Shown: positions 10,855 through 22,270 of the stretch, one piece after another
How positions within the stretch are numbered: the stretch's first letter is position 1
Layout of the letters: each line of letters starts with the position of its first letter
From: Thermoproteota archaeon
GTDB lineage: Archaea; Thermoproteota; Thermoprotei_A; Sulfolobales; Ignisphaeraceae
DNA: 64,000 bases
NCBI GenBank assembly: GCA_030550585.1
Contig: JAUQPB010000001.1
Coordinates: 192,001 to 256,000 of the forward strand
Reading direction: 5' to 3'
Translations under genes and position numbers: made by a program
Notes under the pieces: model-generated
Databases searched by the model: none
What the model was told of the DNA's origin: nothing
Seen by the model: the letters and a program-made list of their open reading frames with translations, nothing else

Positions 10855-11955
10855 TCAGCTACGCTCCTCAACAAATTCTAGAACACCTATCTCGCTTACA
10901 CTGTTTAATATCTTGATTAGATTCTCAATCACATGCTTAACGTTAAATGTTCTTAATATAGCACCCCCAGCTACCTTATGGCCTCCCCCACCACCGCCAT
11001 AGACTTCTACCAACTTCTTCAGAATGTTGCTATAAATATCAATGTCTAACGCATTTACAACCTCATCCTTACCCCTGTATACGACCCTCACCGCTTTTAG
11101 ATCCTCATCCTCAGTTAAAACAAATGATATGTCATAGCCTATCGATATCAGACTTGACGCACAATCTGATTCATATGCCCCAACATTAGATATGGCGACA
11201 AAGACTTCGCTACCCTTTATCCTTATCTTGAAGCCTCTATGCCTAAGTACACACTTTATTCTTGCAATTCTATTTGACGGAGGTTTCTCAACAGCTGTAA
11301 GCTTCATAGCCTCCTCATAATCTGCTCCCAGATCCATCATCTTTGCTACAGCATGGAAAGTGTTTCTAGCAACTCTTTGAAACCTCTTTGTATCCCACAA
11401 AACCCCTGCTAGAAGGATCGTAGCCAGCTCATTTAAATTATCAAGTCTCTGATCATGGTTTACAATAATTTCGAAAACTATTTCTGCAGTTGAGCTATAA
11501 TGCTGTTCATCCCCAAAAAACAGTATCCTCTTGTTTTTATCTGAAGCCTGGATATCTCGATATTGATGATGGTCAATAACAATGATGTTGTCACATCTAA
11601 TAACATAGTCTTTGATTATTCTGAGCTGCTCCCATGAAGCTGTATCCACTATTATACAGGTGTCGCACGGCTCCCTACTCTCTAACTGATGATATTTCTT
11701 AATCACATTGATCGGTATATCCATTCCCTGGCAGAATTCGTATATGCGCTTGCATTCAAGCCCTATCCCTTCTGGCACTAGAATTTCCACAAATGCGTTT
11801 CTATTTATGCTATTAACCAGTTTATGTAACGCACATGCAGATGAAAGGGCATCGGGATCGGCATTAACGTGAGTTACTATGACAACTCTCTTTGCATTCT
11901 CTATCATTTTCTTCATAGCATCTAAATCTTGATAAAAATTGTTCTGCTGCATCAA
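10855..11955 (-). CDS. DHH family phosphoesterase
   Basis: THVNADPDA, IIVDT, IDHH, GGGGGGH..AGG. The true start may be ATG 11916. Confidence 0.9.
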   Translation of the reverse strand: MMQQNNFYQDLDAMKKMIENAKRVVIVTHVNADPDALSSACALHKLVNSINRNAFVEILVPEGIGLECKRIYEFCQGMDIPINVIKKYHQLESREPCDTCIIVDTASWEQLRIIKDYVIRCDNIIVIDHHQYRDIQASDKNKRILFFGDEQHYSSTAEIVFEIIVNHDQRLDNLNELATILLAGVLWDTKRFQRVARNTFHAVAKMMDLGADYEEAMKLTAVEKPPSNRIARIKCVLRHRGFKIRIKGSEVFVAISNVGAYESDCASSLISIGYDISFVLTEDEDLKAVRVVYRGKDEVVNALDIDIYSNILKKLVEVYGGGGGGHKVAGGAILRTFNVKHVIENLIKILNSVSEIGVLEFVEERS

Positions 11956-12226
11956 AAGCCTTACTCACCGCAGTGTCTATTATTGCTTCTAGACTTGGCT
12001 TACTAATAAAATATGCCTTTGCATCTACATCAATAGATATCGTTAAAGTATCGTCAAGCTTAACACTTATTGCAATGCCGTAGTCCGTTGCTCTTGTTCC
12101 TAATACAGTATTCAGATAATTGATAATGGTATTTTCTATGATGTTGGCAAGCTCTGACAATACATTGAAATCGATTTTATTTAGATCCAGATTAAGTGGC
12201 TTTACCTTTCTCATCTTTAACTTCAA
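11864..12226 (-). CDS. DUF3194-like small conserved protein
   Basis: Size, the helix-strand-strand-helix pattern and position between prefoldin beta and DHH match the conserved archaeal superoperon. Confidence 0.65.
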   Translation of the reverse strand: MKLKMRKVKPLNLDLNKIDFNVLSELANIIENTIINYLNTVLGTRATDYGIAISVKLDDTLTISIDVDAKAYFISKPSLEAIIDTAVSKAFDAAEQFLSRFRCYEENDRECKESCHSNSR

Positions 12227-12260
12227 TCACAAGATTGATTGTCTAGATACTCAAATTACT

Positions 12261-12632
12261 TTACTGTTTTCTGTAAAGCGTTGAGGCATATTGTTGAAGC
12301 TTTGACTGCACTTCACTTAGTTGTTGTCTAATTAAAGCTTCTTGCCTGCTAAGAGTTTTCAATCTCAATTCTAACAGCTCCTTTCTTTCATTTAGCTCCT
12401 TTTCTGCATCAGCCTTAGTGATTTTTATTAGAAGATGACCGGCACTTCTATACATTTCAACATTGTCTGGGACATTCTTCAGAACATCTAATGCTCTGTT
12501 TACCTCCCTAAGCTCTTGTTCTATAACACTTTTTTCAGCTAACAACTGATTTAACTGAGTTTGTAGCTGTTGATATTTAACAACCTGTTGCTGTACTTCG
12601 GGTGGCAGAGTCTCAGCCAATCTCAACACCAT
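12261..12632 (-). CDS. pfdB: prefoldin beta subunit
   Basis: LPPEVQ, coiled coils flanking the MYRSAGHLLIK hairpin. Confidence 0.93.
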   Translation of the reverse strand: MVLRLAETLPPEVQQQVVKYQQLQTQLNQLLAEKSVIEQELREVNRALDVLKNVPDNVEMYRSAGHLLIKITKADAEKELNERKELLELRLKTLSRQEALIRQQLSEVQSKLQQYASTLYRKQ

Positions 12633-12684
12633 CTAGATGCATTATTTGTAGTATCAGTTTTGTATAGCTCGAATATATTAATTT

Positions 12685-12957
12685 TTAAGATCTATAACCT
12701 TCAAGTATATTCATTGTTTCGATTGAAGCATTTATTAAATATAGAATAGAATTTATAAATGCCCTAGCATGACTTAATGTATCAGCCTCTACCTCTAAAT
12801 ATAGGGAGCAGGAATTATCCATCCTTATTAACGGCTTTATCCTACCCACATTAGCAGGGCTAACCACCTCAGCAAAAATGCTGTTATAGAGCACCTCAAC
12901 AATATTGCAATTACCCTCAGATTTTATTGCCAACCTAGCTTTTACACCGAAAAACAA
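12685..12957 (-). CDS. pcc1: KEOPS complex subunit Pcc1
   Basis: LYLEVEADTLSHARAFINSIL motif. Located between Brix and prefoldin. Confidence 0.8.
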   Translation of the reverse strand: MFFGVKARLAIKSEGNCNIVEVLYNSIFAEVVSPANVGRIKPLIRMDNSCSLYLEVEADTLSHARAFINSILYLINASIETMNILEGYRS

Positions 12958-13101
12958 GTTCTATACACCACTAAAACTTCGATCTACATTTCCTCATTTC
13001 TGTTGCCACATCTTAATATCTCTATATCTCTCCTAAATAGAAAGAGAGATGCTTACATTATTTAAATTCATTTTCATAACCATAGATAAACGAACATTTT
13101 A

Positions 13102-13674
13102 TTAGCTTGAATCATTAGATCTAGAACATATTCTAATCACCAAATATCTTGTGCCACTATTACAACTGTTAAAGGTGACCTCTACGCCCATCCTACCCCT
13201 AGTCTTAAAATGTTCTATATCAACACATATGCTGTTTCTTTGTACCCTTTGCTCACTTTGAAATGCACTAATGTTGAATGCTTTGAGTATACATTCTAGC
13301 GTATCGGACGGAAACTCTGATTCTAATAGAGCACTGCCTCTCTTGATTATAGATGTCTCCACTTGGTGTATGCCTTTATATGCCTCATCTATGGAATAAC
13401 CACAAATTCTTAGTGTACATATCTTTACCAACTCCATTGATGCAACAGCTACTTTGTATACGTCTATGAAGCCTGGATTGCCTTTTCTATTCCTAACAAC
13501 CAGTATTTTATCTGCATTGATGTCTACAGCTTGAAGAGCCAGCAACTTGAAAGTCTGCTTTCCTCTGTTAACCTTTACTGCATTTGGTACTACTTTAGAT
13601 AATGCTTTAATAAATCGTCTGGTGTTTCTTGTTGGCCTATGAGATGATGTTATTAAAATTTTTGTGTTTTTCAT
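13102..13674 (-). CDS. Brix-domain ribosome biogenesis protein (Imp4-like)
   Basis: ILITSSHRPTRNTRRFIKAL, NRGK, RKGNPG. Confidence 0.85.
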   Translation of the reverse strand: MKNTKILITSSHRPTRNTRRFIKALSKVVPNAVKVNRGKQTFKLLALQAVDINADKILVVRNRKGNPGFIDVYKVAVASMELVKICTLRICGYSIDEAYKGIHQVETSIIKRGSALLESEFPSDTLECILKAFNISAFQSEQRVQRNSICVDIEHFKTRGRMGVEVTFNSCNSGTRYLVIRICSRSNDSS

Positions 13675-13710
13675 TATGCTATACAGGCCCTAAATACACA
13701 TAATCATTCT

Positions 13711-13941
13711 TTATTTTTCTATTGTCCAGGGGGTATATGCTGCACCAGCCCATTTGCTATGACATTTTGGACATTCCCAAATACCGAAGGCTATTCTTCT
13801 AAATGTTGTTATTGCTCCGCAATATGGGCATTGATATTCTGCGTATCTTCTTTCCATAACCTCCTTCCACTTCTTTCTTATGCTTGCGCCATATCTAGCC
13901 CCAAATCTCCCTGCTATACCAACAACCTTCAGCCTGCCCAT
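13711..13941 (-). CDS. rpl37ae: 50S ribosomal protein L37Ae
   Basis: AGRFGARYG, CPYC...GIWECPKC...AGAAY. Confidence 0.96.
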   Translation of the reverse strand: MGRLKVVGIAGRFGARYGASIRKKWKEVMERRYAEYQCPYCGAITTFRRIAFGIWECPKCHSKWAGAAYTPWTIEK

Positions 13942-14021
13942 GTTGTCTTTGCACCTATACCCAATTTCGTATTCTTAATAGAAATGTTTTTGCTGAGGAA
14001 ATAAAAGCATTCATTCTGTAG

Positions 14022-14849
14022 CTACGTAATGAATTTTCTAATTGTTTCTATCAATTCTTTTCCTTTGTTGAGAGAAATTTCTATTGCTTGCTCCAGCTCC
14101 TTCTCTGTAAAAGCTCCCAACCCCCTTTTCTGCATACCAACAATATTACCATCTTCGCTCACAGCTATAGCCAAACTGGCACTCGCGAGTGCCTCCTCCT
14201 CAGCAGTTGGATCAACTACTAGTACATCGCCTATCTTGTATATGGTTACAGTGGCTACAAGCTTGTTCATTGGTAGTAGTCCAGCAGTTTTACTTCTATC
14301 AATCTTCACATTGCCGCTTGCCTGATCAACCTCATAGTAAGGTATTTTAGTATTTGCAAGTGCAAGAATCGATGCAATCATAGCTGCATCGATAAGATTG
14401 CCATCATGATCTAGCACATATATGTCGAGCCATACAACCCACACTTTTCTTCCAGGAATTAAAGCTAGTTTATCAAGTGCTACTGCCCTTGGCTCTCTAA
14501 TGGATCTGTCGATGACTCTTGCAAGCTCGATAGCATTTTCATCTGGTGGCCCTGGCTCAAAGGTTGGTGATGCTGCTGGAATATACTCTGCATTGACTAT
14601 CAGCACACCCTCCTCCGGGTTGTCTGGAAATGGCTGGCCAACCTCTAGCTTCACTCCTGCCAAGACTTGCGTATAGCCAAGTTTAACAAGCACTGAGGAA
14701 TCTGCATTGGGAGAAACATTTTTCACAACATCGATCTGTCTATAGCTTAGCAAAGGCCTCTTATCAATGTGATTACCCTTTGCCAACACATTCAGTATTG
14801 CATTCATCTTTATCTTTGGAATAATTGGTGTCTCAGGCGTTGATGACAT
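14022..14849 (-). CDS. rrp42: exosome component Rrp42
   Basis: RNase PH fold, PFPDNPEEG, FEPGPPDENAIELARVIDR, DHDGNLIDA. Confidence 0.95.
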   Translation of the reverse strand: MSSTPETPIIPKIKMNAILNVLAKGNHIDKRPLLSYRQIDVVKNVSPNADSSVLVKLGYTQVLAGVKLEVGQPFPDNPEEGVLIVNAEYIPAASPTFEPGPPDENAIELARVIDRSIREPRAVALDKLALIPGRKVWVVWLDIYVLDHDGNLIDAAMIASILALANTKIPYYEVDQASGNVKIDRSKTAGLLPMNKLVATVTIYKIGDVLVVDPTAEEEALASASLAIAVSEDGNIVGMQKRGLGAFTEKELEQAIEISLNKGKELIETIRKFIT

Positions 14850-14862
14850 GCCTATTCACCCT

Positions 14863-15588
14863 CTACTCTTCTATCTCAACATACTTCTTTTTTAAAGCCT
14901 CTTTCTGCAAATTGTAAATCCTATTTATACCGTCGAGAGCCAATTTCAAGGCTTTTTTAAACTCTTCGGGGGTTAAAACACCGTTTAGCTGAATCATGGT
15001 TATCTTCCCAATTGAAGGCATAGCGGCAACAGGCATGTCTGCTTCGCCATACATGTCCTCAACCTCATTAAGATCTAAAACAATAACCCCATCAACCTTC
15101 CCCACCGCAACAGCTGCCACAAGGTCTAGCATGGGTATCCCGGCATCTGCTAGAGCGAGAGAGGCTGCTGTTATTCCCGCTGTTCTGGTACCTCCTTCAG
15201 CATTTAGTACCTCGACAAAGATGTCAATGGCTGTTCTAGGGAACTGAGAACTGACTATTGCAGGTTCCAAAGCCTCTCTAATAACTTTTGAAAGCTCTAT
15301 TTCACGTCTGCTAGGAGCAGGACTTTTTCTTTCGCCCATTGTCGAAAACGAGAGCATTCTATACCGACATCTTATTATAGCTCTATCAACCTGCTCCTCA
15401 TGCCTTGGAACAACCTCACGAGGTCCATAGACAGCTGCCAGAACCTTCGTATTGCCTATTTCGACTATCGCAGACCCATCAGCATTCCTTAGAACCCCCA
15501 CCTCCATTTTTATTGGTCTTAGATCTGAAGGTGTTCTACCATCTACTCTCTTTCCTTCTATAATTAACTGAGGCTTGTTAGCTTTCAT
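14863..15588 (-). CDS. rrp41: exosome exonuclease Rrp41
   Basis: DGR...[31 protein letters not shown]. Confidence 0.96.
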   Translation of the reverse strand: MKANKPQLIIEGKRVDGRTPSDLRPIKMEVGVLRNADGSAIVEIGNTKVLAAVYGPREVVPRHEEQVDRAIIRCRYRMLSFSTMGERKSPAPSRREIELSKVIREALEPAIVSSQFPRTAIDIFVEVLNAEGGTRTAGITAASLALADAGIPMLDLVAAVAVGKVDGVIVLDLNEVEDMYGEADMPVAAMPSIGKITMIQLNGVLTPEEFKKALKLALDGINRIYNLQKEALKKKYVEIEE

Positions 15589-16318
15589 ACTTTATCAACC
15601 CCCTCTTTACTTTCTCATTTATAATAAACTCTTTTATTCTTTCAGTCAAGCCTGCTGTGTGAGCCTCTGCCTCAATCTTCTTTAGAGCGAGTATTGCAAT
15701 GTATTCCAACTCTGCATCAGGGCATCTAAGCAATACCCTACCATTCACCCCAACAACAAAATCGCATTTTGTTTGCTCCATGAGCATTGATATCATAGAC
15801 CTCTTCTTTCCTATAACCCTACCAATCTTGCTTGGCTCTATCTCGACGAGAGACCCGCTAATAACCTTGCCAAGCCCTTTGTCTTGAACCGTCAGCAGTG
15901 GCTGTCTTGTTCTGTCGAATTGAGCTACTTTGGCTATCACAACATCCCCTATGTCAAGATACTTCCGAATGTTATCTGTTGCAGGATTAAATGGCTTTCC
16001 TATATAGTCTGACGCATTTAACACGGCTAGATATGGCGATTTTATATCAATTAACCATGACGATAGGGTAACATCGTATACAATTCCTATTACAATATCC
16101 CCCTCTTTTGGCATGTAACGCCCTTTCAAAGGGATTATCCTTATCTTCTTTTTTTCATTCTCTTCAACATCCTGCAAAGATACTGTTGTAACAACATATG
16201 TATTTTCATTTAACCTATATAAAGATGTTCCTACGCCTGCTCCTTCAATAGACATGTTCTTGTCTAGGACTATTTGATCTCCTGGAAGCCTAATTGTTCT
16301 CTGAACAGAGCTAGACAA
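15578..16318 (-). CDS. rrp4: exosome RNA-binding protein Rrp4
   Basis: [16 protein letters not shown] (S1) and KH-like GRVIGKK...GVNG. TTG 16318 overlapping the SBDS stop is preferred as start. Confidence 0.93.
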   Translation of the reverse strand: MSSSVQRTIRLPGDQIVLDKNMSIEGAGVGTSLYRLNENTYVVTTVSLQDVEENEKKKIRIIPLKGRYMPKEGDIVIGIVYDVTLSSWLIDIKSPYLAVLNASDYIGKPFNPATDNIRKYLDIGDVVIAKVAQFDRTRQPLLTVQDKGLGKVISGSLVEIEPSKIGRVIGKKRSMISMLMEQTKCDFVVGVNGRVLLRCPDAELEYIAILALKKIEAEAHTAGLTERIKEFIINEKVKRGLIKYES

Positions 16319-17009
16319 CGCTAAGCACCTTAACAGACGCATTACCCTTTGTAAGCTCGTTTACCTTGTCTATAAGCTCGCTCTGCATCCCGGCAGGTAT
16401 TTCAATCTGGACTATTAGAGAGCCGTCTGCTAGCCAATTACTCTTCTTAACCTCTCCCAGCTTCATAATCTGACCAGCTACTTTTGATGCATATTCAGCT
16501 GGAACAGAAATTTCTACAAGAGCCTTAGCAATTCTTATTGGAATAACCTTGGAAATCGCCTTTACTATTTCGGGAACCTGCTCCTCAACAGATTTGTAGA
16601 GGTCGATGCTAACCCTCGCCTCCTCCATAGCTTTTTCAATACGTGATGGGGGTATCGGGGTCTTCGTCTTCGGGTCTATTGCCGACTTAGCTATGTGGTA
16701 AACTATCTGCTTTCTTTTCATCTCCAATAGCTTTCTTCTCTGCTCTGTTGTCAGCTGGAGCTCTCCATGTTTAACTATCTCAGCCGATATTTTATACACA
16801 TCCTCAGTGCCAAAAACCTCTTGAAGTTCTGATGGAGATGCTTTCAACCCCTTTTTTGCGTCCTTATATATGTAATCCCCTACAACAACCTCTTCAATGC
16901 TTATTTTCTCCCCTTCCTTAAACCTATAGGCCTTTTCAGGATCTACAAGAACCTCAAACCTCTTCCCCTTAACAACAAGCCTTGCAATCACATACTCCTT
17001 TTTGCTCAA
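16311..17009 (-). CDS. ribosome maturation factor SBDS/Sdo1
   Basis: [36 protein letters not shown]. Confidence 0.95.
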   Translation of the reverse strand: MSKKEYVIARLVVKGKRFEVLVDPEKAYRFKEGEKISIEEVVVGDYIYKDAKKGLKASPSELQEVFGTEDVYKISAEIVKHGELQLTTEQRRKLLEMKRKQIVYHIAKSAIDPKTKTPIPPSRIEKAMEEARVSIDLYKSVEEQVPEIVKAISKVIPIRIAKALVEISVPAEYASKVAGQIMKLGEVKKSNWLADGSLIVQIEIPAGMQSELIDKVNELTKGNASVKVLSVV

Positions 17010-17737
17010 GTAGTTACACCCGCTTTCTCTAAGAAACTCTGCACCTCTTCTGAACCAAGTTTTCTAAAGACCTTTGAACTTACATCGGCTACACCAATCT
17101 CCACTCTCTCAACCTTTAAAGGCTCTTCAAGAGATGCCCTCAACGCTCTCAACCCCAGAATTATCATCTCCTCAACACTTAGCTTGGTGTTGTAATGTTT
17201 TTCTAGATAACTCGCAACTGTTTGCTCTCCCGCACCTGCTGCAACACCATAGTACTTGAAATACAACCCGCTTGGTTCGGTTTTGATAAGCTCAATACCC
17301 TTTCTGTCAATTCCACCAAATATTATGGAAACTCCAAAAGGTCTCACACCACCTTGTTGAGTATATGCCTGCTTTATATCGCATATCGTTCTAGCTAAGA
17401 GCTCGACATCTATCGGTTCATCAAATGTCAGCCTATGCCTTACTGCTAAAAGCCTTGCATAATCTATTAAAACCCTTCCATCATGGCCAAGCCCAGAGAA
17501 GGTGGCCCCAATATGTGAGTCAACTATGAAAACCTTTTCAAGATCCATTACATCGTGAAGTGGTGCAACCCTTCTTCTTTCAGCTATTAACACAACTCCA
17601 TACTCTGACTTTATACCCAGCGATGTCCAGCCTCTTCTGACAGCCTCAGCTGCATACTCAACTTGATAGAGTTTTCCATCAGGCGAAAATATTGTTAATG
17701 CCCTATCATAGCCCATTGCCGCGGGCATGAATGACAT
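17006..17737 (-). CDS. psmA: proteasome alpha subunit
   Basis: [32 protein letters not shown]. Confidence 0.97.
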   Translation of the reverse strand: MSFMPAAMGYDRALTIFSPDGKLYQVEYAAEAVRRGWTSLGIKSEYGVVLIAERRRVAPLHDVMDLEKVFIVDSHIGATFSGLGHDGRVLIDYARLLAVRHRLTFDEPIDVELLARTICDIKQAYTQQGGVRPFGVSIIFGGIDRKGIELIKTEPSGLYFKYYGVAAGAGEQTVASYLEKHYNTKLSVEEMIILGLRALRASLEEPLKVERVEIGVADVSSKVFRKLGSEEVQSFLEKAGVTT

Positions 17738-17804
17738 GATTACATCTCACCAAATTTCTTTACAAATATGATAAGAGAACTGAGTTAAAAAATTAATCTT
17801 GGGT

Positions 17805-17872
17805 CTTCAGTGGGTAGTCCTTTCTATCATTAGTATTTATCAACATAGGAGCAGTCGGGGGACTCATCATCT
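17805..17872 (-). ncRNA. box C/D sRNA candidate
   Basis: Minus strand reads ATGATGA-GTCCCCCGACTGCTCCTATG-TTGA-...-ATGATAG-AAAGGACTACCCA-CTGA. The D guide contains GGACTACCC, antisense to conserved 16S GGGUAGUCC. Confidence 0.65.
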
Positions 17873-18059
17873 CATACTTTACATAGGCTTTACCGATATA
17901 ATAAGTGTTAATAAATATCTATATATTTCATCTTTAGAATTGGTTTTAGTATACAATTTGTACCGGCTTAAAAGTTTCGGAAATGTTAAATGTGAAGTAA
18001 ACCACAACATTTTTATACAGCTCATTAGATACTCATATCAGACAGTGGTGTGAGTTTTC

Positions 18060-19301
18060 ATGAGTATCAATAACATTGTCGAAAGTGTTATAAACAGAAT
18101 TTCTGTATTTAAGAATAGAAGCGTTCTAGACAGATCTTATATTCCTGACCAGCTCCCCCATAGAGAGCGTCAGCTAGCCATGCTAGCAGAGCTTTTTAGA
18201 CCTGCTATTACATCGCCTGGTACAGTCTCGATAACGGCTCTTTTAGTAGGAGATGTTGGTGTTGGCAAAACAGTTACATCATATGTGTTTGGCAGAGAAC
18301 TAACTAAAGTTGCTGAAAAGAAAGGCATAAAATTAAGATATGTTCATGTGAATTGCCATAGCGCTAGAACCTTGTATGGCGTTGTGCAGAGTATTGCAGC
18401 TGCCTTTAGTTTAGCCATACCATTTAGGGGGCTGTCGCCAAGAGAAATGATGCTGATTATTCTTAATCATATGAAAAAGAATGATATGTATGCGGTTATA
18501 GCTTTAGATGAATTTGGCTATTTCATACGTGTTGCAGGAAACGATGCAATATACTTTTTGGTGAGGCTATATGACGAATATCCAGAGGCTGAAAAAAGAC
18601 TTCACTACATATTCATTACAAGAAACCTTGATGTACTAGGAGCCTTGGATCCCGCTACAGAAAGTTATATAACTAAGCACATAATCAAGTTTGAGCCTTA
18701 TAAGGCAAGCGAATTATTTGATATTCTAAAACAGCGAAGAGATTTGGCATTCTATGAGAATACAGTTGACGATAGTATCCTGAAGTTTATAGCTGATTCT
18801 GAAGGTTATGACAGGGGAGGAAAAGGAAATGCCAGAGCTGCAATAGAAATACTTTTGAGAGCAGGTATTGCAGCTGATTATGAGGGCTCACAAAAAGTCA
18901 CTATAGAGCATGTTAGAAAAGCTATTGGCGAGATAAACGAGGAGCTACTTGTTGAGATTTCCGACAATCTCCAATTCCTCCATCTACACGAATTGATAGT
19001 ACTAAAAGCTATTGTGAGGAAGCTGAGAAGTAGTAGTGAAGCCTATGTAAAAATGGGTGATGTGGAAGAAGAGTATAGGTATCTATGCCAATTGTATAAT
19101 ATTAAACCTAGAAAACACACCCAAGTCTACGAATATGTAAGATCCTTGAAGAACATGGGAATAATATATGCTAGAACATCTAGCAAAGGTATAAGAGGGA
19201 GAACAACCTTGATATCATTGCCAGTGCCTCTAGACCCCTTCGAAAAAAGATTAGATGAATTGATAGACAGGAGAATTGTAGAAGGCGAAACAAACAGCTA
19301 A
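18060..19301 (+). CDS. cdc6: Orc1/Cdc6 protein (probably Cdc6-2 orthologue)
   Basis: YIPDQLPHRE, GDVGVGKT, HVNC, LDE, GNARAA, C-terminal wHTH with GIRGRTT. Linkage to rfc/gins/mcm matches Sulfolobus cdc6-2. Confidence 0.92.
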   Translation: MSINNIVESVINRISVFKNRSVLDRSYIPDQLPHRERQLAMLAELFRPAITSPGTVSITALLVGDVGVGKTVTSYVFGRELTKVAEKKGIKLRYVHVNCHSARTLYGVVQSIAAAFSLAIPFRGLSPREMMLIILNHMKKNDMYAVIALDEFGYFIRVAGNDAIYFLVRLYDEYPEAEKRLHYIFITRNLDVLGALDPATESYITKHIIKFEPYKASELFDILKQRRDLAFYENTVDDSILKFIADSEGYDRGGKGNARAAIEILLRAGIAADYEGSQKVTIEHVRKAIGEINEELLVEISDNLQFLHLHELIVLKAIVRKLRSSSEAYVKMGDVEEEYRYLCQLYNIKPRKHTQVYEYVRSLKNMGIIYARTSSKGIRGRTTLISLPVPLDPFEKRLDELIDRRIVEGETNS

Positions 19302-19344
19302 CGCTATAAATACCCTCCTTGTTTTTAATGGGGATTTGTAACCG

Positions 19345-19644
19345 ATGGAATTACTCCAAAGATCTACAACATTACCTGAGAAAATCAAAAGGAAGATTGA
19401 TGTATTTGGAAGGCCATGTGTGTGGAATATTATAGCAATTCTAAGTACAATAGATGCAAAAACAATTAACATAACATCTTTGATATCAAAACTTAATAGC
19501 AACTATAGCTATGTTGTAAGATGCGTTGAATTAATGAAGTCTTTTGACATGATTACTGAGATTAAAATGGGTAGGGTAAGATTGATAAAATTGAATGAAG
19601 ATAATGAATATGTGAAGACCATTCTTAATGTTTTGTATAAATGA
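19345..19644 (+). CDS. small winged-helix DNA-binding protein
   Basis: INITSLISKLNSNYSYVVRCVELMKSFDMITEIKMGRVRLIKLN is a wHTH pattern. Confidence 0.7.
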   Translation: MELLQRSTTLPEKIKRKIDVFGRPCVWNIIAILSTIDAKTINITSLISKLNSNYSYVVRCVELMKSFDMITEIKMGRVRLIKLNEDNEYVKTILNVLYK

Positions 19645-19684
19645 TTATATTACGTAAACGATGTTTAAAGCGGTTGTTGTCTTA

Positions 19685-21121
19685 TCAACTCTTTTTTGAA
19701 AAGGATAGCAGATCCCTTTTTTCTTTTTTATCCTCAGGCTTCGGCTTTGATTTCTTATGTTTATCCCCCTCACCATGGGTTACAGAACCTAACTCTCTTT
19801 TAGCCTCTTTCTCCATAATCTCCTTATACTTTTTGTAATAACTCATTACATTCGTCTTGTTAGACCCTGCCAACAGTTCAATCATTTTCTCGGATAGCCC
19901 CAAACCAATAGCGATTCTAGCAGCATAATCTGGATTTGTCAGAAATATCACTCTTAGTATTGGTATTACATCGCTTTTTGCAGCTGAAGTTGAGATATGA
20001 AGGTTTTGAGAAATTATCTTTGCTAGATCCTCCCTAACCTCTCTAACCTCTTTTAGTTTAGACATCAGTGATATTCTTTGTGGGAAGTTGTATTTCGTCC
20101 ATCTGAACTTGTCTTTGGGATTGTTTTTAGCGGCTACTGCTATACCTGCTGTCATAAGGTCTATACTGTATGTTAACAGATCCCAGTCTCCTGATCTAAC
20201 AATTCTTCCAAGATATGTGTCAGCCTTGCTAAGAAATTCGTATGCTCTTGCAACATCACCTAAATTAGTGTATTGCAAAGGTATATTCTCTTCAAGCCAG
20301 AGCCTTAGCTGCTCATAATCCAGCTGGGATTGGTTTAATGCATTTTTTGCTTGCCAGGCATACGATGCTGAAAATATCGCTCTAAGTGTTTCAAATGGAT
20401 CTCTCTCCTTATCTCTTGGCCTAAGCAGAGCCTTGGCTCTTTCAAGACTTACTTCCCCAAAGCCTTCGCCAACAGCTTGAAGGTCGTTTATGGCTGCTCT
20501 CGCATCACCCTCTGCCCTCTCTACGATGTATTCTAAGGCTTTTTCATCACATTTCAACTTCTCTGCCGAGCATATTCGCAGAAGAAGCTTTATCAAATCT
20601 CTTTTCTCTAGTTTTCTAAACTGGATAAACTCCGCTAGCTCGCGTAAAGGCCTTAGTTTTTGATCCCATGGGTTATTAGCTGTCATTATTATGGGTGTTT
20701 TAGTTACCTCAACAAGATGTTTAATAGCGTCGAGAGCACCTGCATCTTCCTTTGTTGCTATTCCATCAACCTCATCTAAAAGTATTATCTTCTTTTTCTC
20801 AGACCCAAAGAGACTTTGTATTGTTGAGGATCTAACCGCAATTCTCTCTATGTCCTCTTTCCTCCTAAAGTCGCTTGCATTCATTTCAAGAAGCTCGTAT
20901 CCAAACTCATTCGCTATTGCCTCTACAAGCGATGTTTTACCACAGCCTGGAGGACCGTACAGCAATAGAGCTTTTTTCTGCACATTGGGCCATTTCTTGA
21001 ACCATTCCAAAACCTTTTCCTTTGCCTCCTCTTGATTAACAACATCATCCAGTTTCTTAGGTCTGTACTTTATGACCCAAGGTATTCTATCTCTTTCTTG
21101 TGACACTCCCTCCAGCCTCAA
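19685..21121 (-). CDS. rfcL: replication factor C large subunit
   Basis: PWVIKYRP, GPPGCGKT, EMNASD, LDEVD, GDARAAINDLQ, C-terminal PIP-like DLLSF. Confidence 0.96.
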   Translation of the reverse strand: MRLEGVSQERDRIPWVIKYRPKKLDDVVNQEEAKEKVLEWFKKWPNVQKKALLLYGPPGCGKTSLVEAIANEFGYELLEMNASDFRRKEDIERIAVRSSTIQSLFGSEKKKIILLDEVDGIATKEDAGALDAIKHLVEVTKTPIIMTANNPWDQKLRPLRELAEFIQFRKLEKRDLIKLLLRICSAEKLKCDEKALEYIVERAEGDARAAINDLQAVGEGFGEVSLERAKALLRPRDKERDPFETLRAIFSASYAWQAKNALNQSQLDYEQLRLWLEENIPLQYTNLGDVARAYEFLSKADTYLGRIVRSGDWDLLTYSIDLMTAGIAVAAKNNPKDKFRWTKYNFPQRISLMSKLKEVREVREDLAKIISQNLHISTSAAKSDVIPILRVIFLTNPDYAARIAIGLGLSEKMIELLAGSNKTNVMSYYKKYKEIMEKEAKRELGSVTHGEGDKHKKSKPKPEDKKEKRDLLSFSKKS

Positions 21122-21131
21122 AACTATTCAT

Positions 21132-22103
21132 CTATTTCTTCCCAAGTAGGCTAAGTCTGGCGAGCAAAGCCGTCAACTGTATCTCGTCATCTGCTCCCTC
21201 AACAATTCTGAAATGTATTTCACCTATGTAATCGGCTATCATAACCCTTAAATCTTCAGGTATCTTTAGATCAGCTGAAAAAAGCTCTCTATGCATTTGC
21301 TTCAAAACATCTACTCCACTAAGACCATATATAACCATAAGCTCTCTCAACTTGTCTCTAGCCTCGATAAATCTGCCTGATAGAGCCAGATTCAGAATCT
21401 CTCTTATCTCTTTTGGATGGGCTAGCCCAACAACCTTATAAACATTAGCCACTGTGACCTCGCCTAGAGCTGCTGCAGCCTGTAGAATATTTATAGCCTT
21501 TCTTAGATCACCCCCACTAATCTCATATATAGCCTCTAGACCGTCATCATGACATACCACATTCTCTTGTCCGCATATCCATTTCAGCCTACTCACAACA
21601 TCCTCTTTCTTAAGCTGTACAAATCTAAACGAAGCGCATCGCGATTGTATCGGATCAATTATTTTACTTGCATAATTTGCTATTAGTATGAAACGTGTTG
21701 TTTCTACATACATCTCCATAATTCTCCTCAAGGCCTGCTGGGCATCAGCAGTCATGTTATCAGCCTCATCAAGTATGACAATCTTAAATGGAACCTCACC
21801 TGTTATCTTGCTTCTTGCAAATTCCTTGACTTTACTTCTTATAACAGTAATCCCCCTCTCATCACTTGCATTAAGTTCTAAGACATATCTTCTCCAATCT
21901 TCTCCATACAAATCGTGTGCTAAAGCCAAAGCCGCAGTAGTTTTTCCAGTGCCAGGAGGACCTGCAAAGAGTAGGTGGGGCATATTCTTCTCTTCAACGA
22001 ATTTCATAAGCCTTGTAACAATTTCTTCTTGGTTAACCATCTCCTTTAGCGACTTTGGTCTATACTTCTCAACCCATAGCATTTCAGCAATTTTTGCACT
22101 CAA
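21132..22103 (-). CDS. rfcS: replication factor C small subunit
   Basis: [38 protein letters not shown]. Confidence 0.97.
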   Translation of the reverse strand: MSAKIAEMLWVEKYRPKSLKEMVNQEEIVTRLMKFVEEKNMPHLLFAGPPGTGKTTAALALAHDLYGEDWRRYVLELNASDERGITVIRSKVKEFARSKITGEVPFKIVILDEADNMTADAQQALRRIMEMYVETTRFILIANYASKIIDPIQSRCASFRFVQLKKEDVVSRLKWICGQENVVCHDDGLEAIYEISGGDLRKAINILQAAAALGEVTVANVYKVVGLAHPKEIREILNLALSGRFIEARDKLRELMVIYGLSGVDVLKQMHRELFSADLKIPEDLRVMIADYIGEIHFRIVEGADDEIQLTALLARLSLLGKK

Positions 22104-22270
22104 TTAGCCTCCACCCATACACTAAATTATTTTCTTAGCGTTTTAAAGAATACTAATACTTTTTGTCTCTTTATCCAAGGTACATCATTTTTCACATTTG
22201 CTTGTAAACCCTAAAGCTAAACAGATTATAAATTAGATAAGTCCATATAATTACTAACTGGTGCCAAACC

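Noticed and set aside
11864-11955. frameshift between the DUF3194-like and DHH genes
   Set aside because: Both proteins look complete. A later DHH start shrinks the overlap to an ordinary size.
17880-18059. replication origin upstream of cdc6
   Set aside because: No convincing ORB repeats with G-strings. The gene looks like the Cdc6-2 type, and the GC patch nearby is explained by an sRNA.
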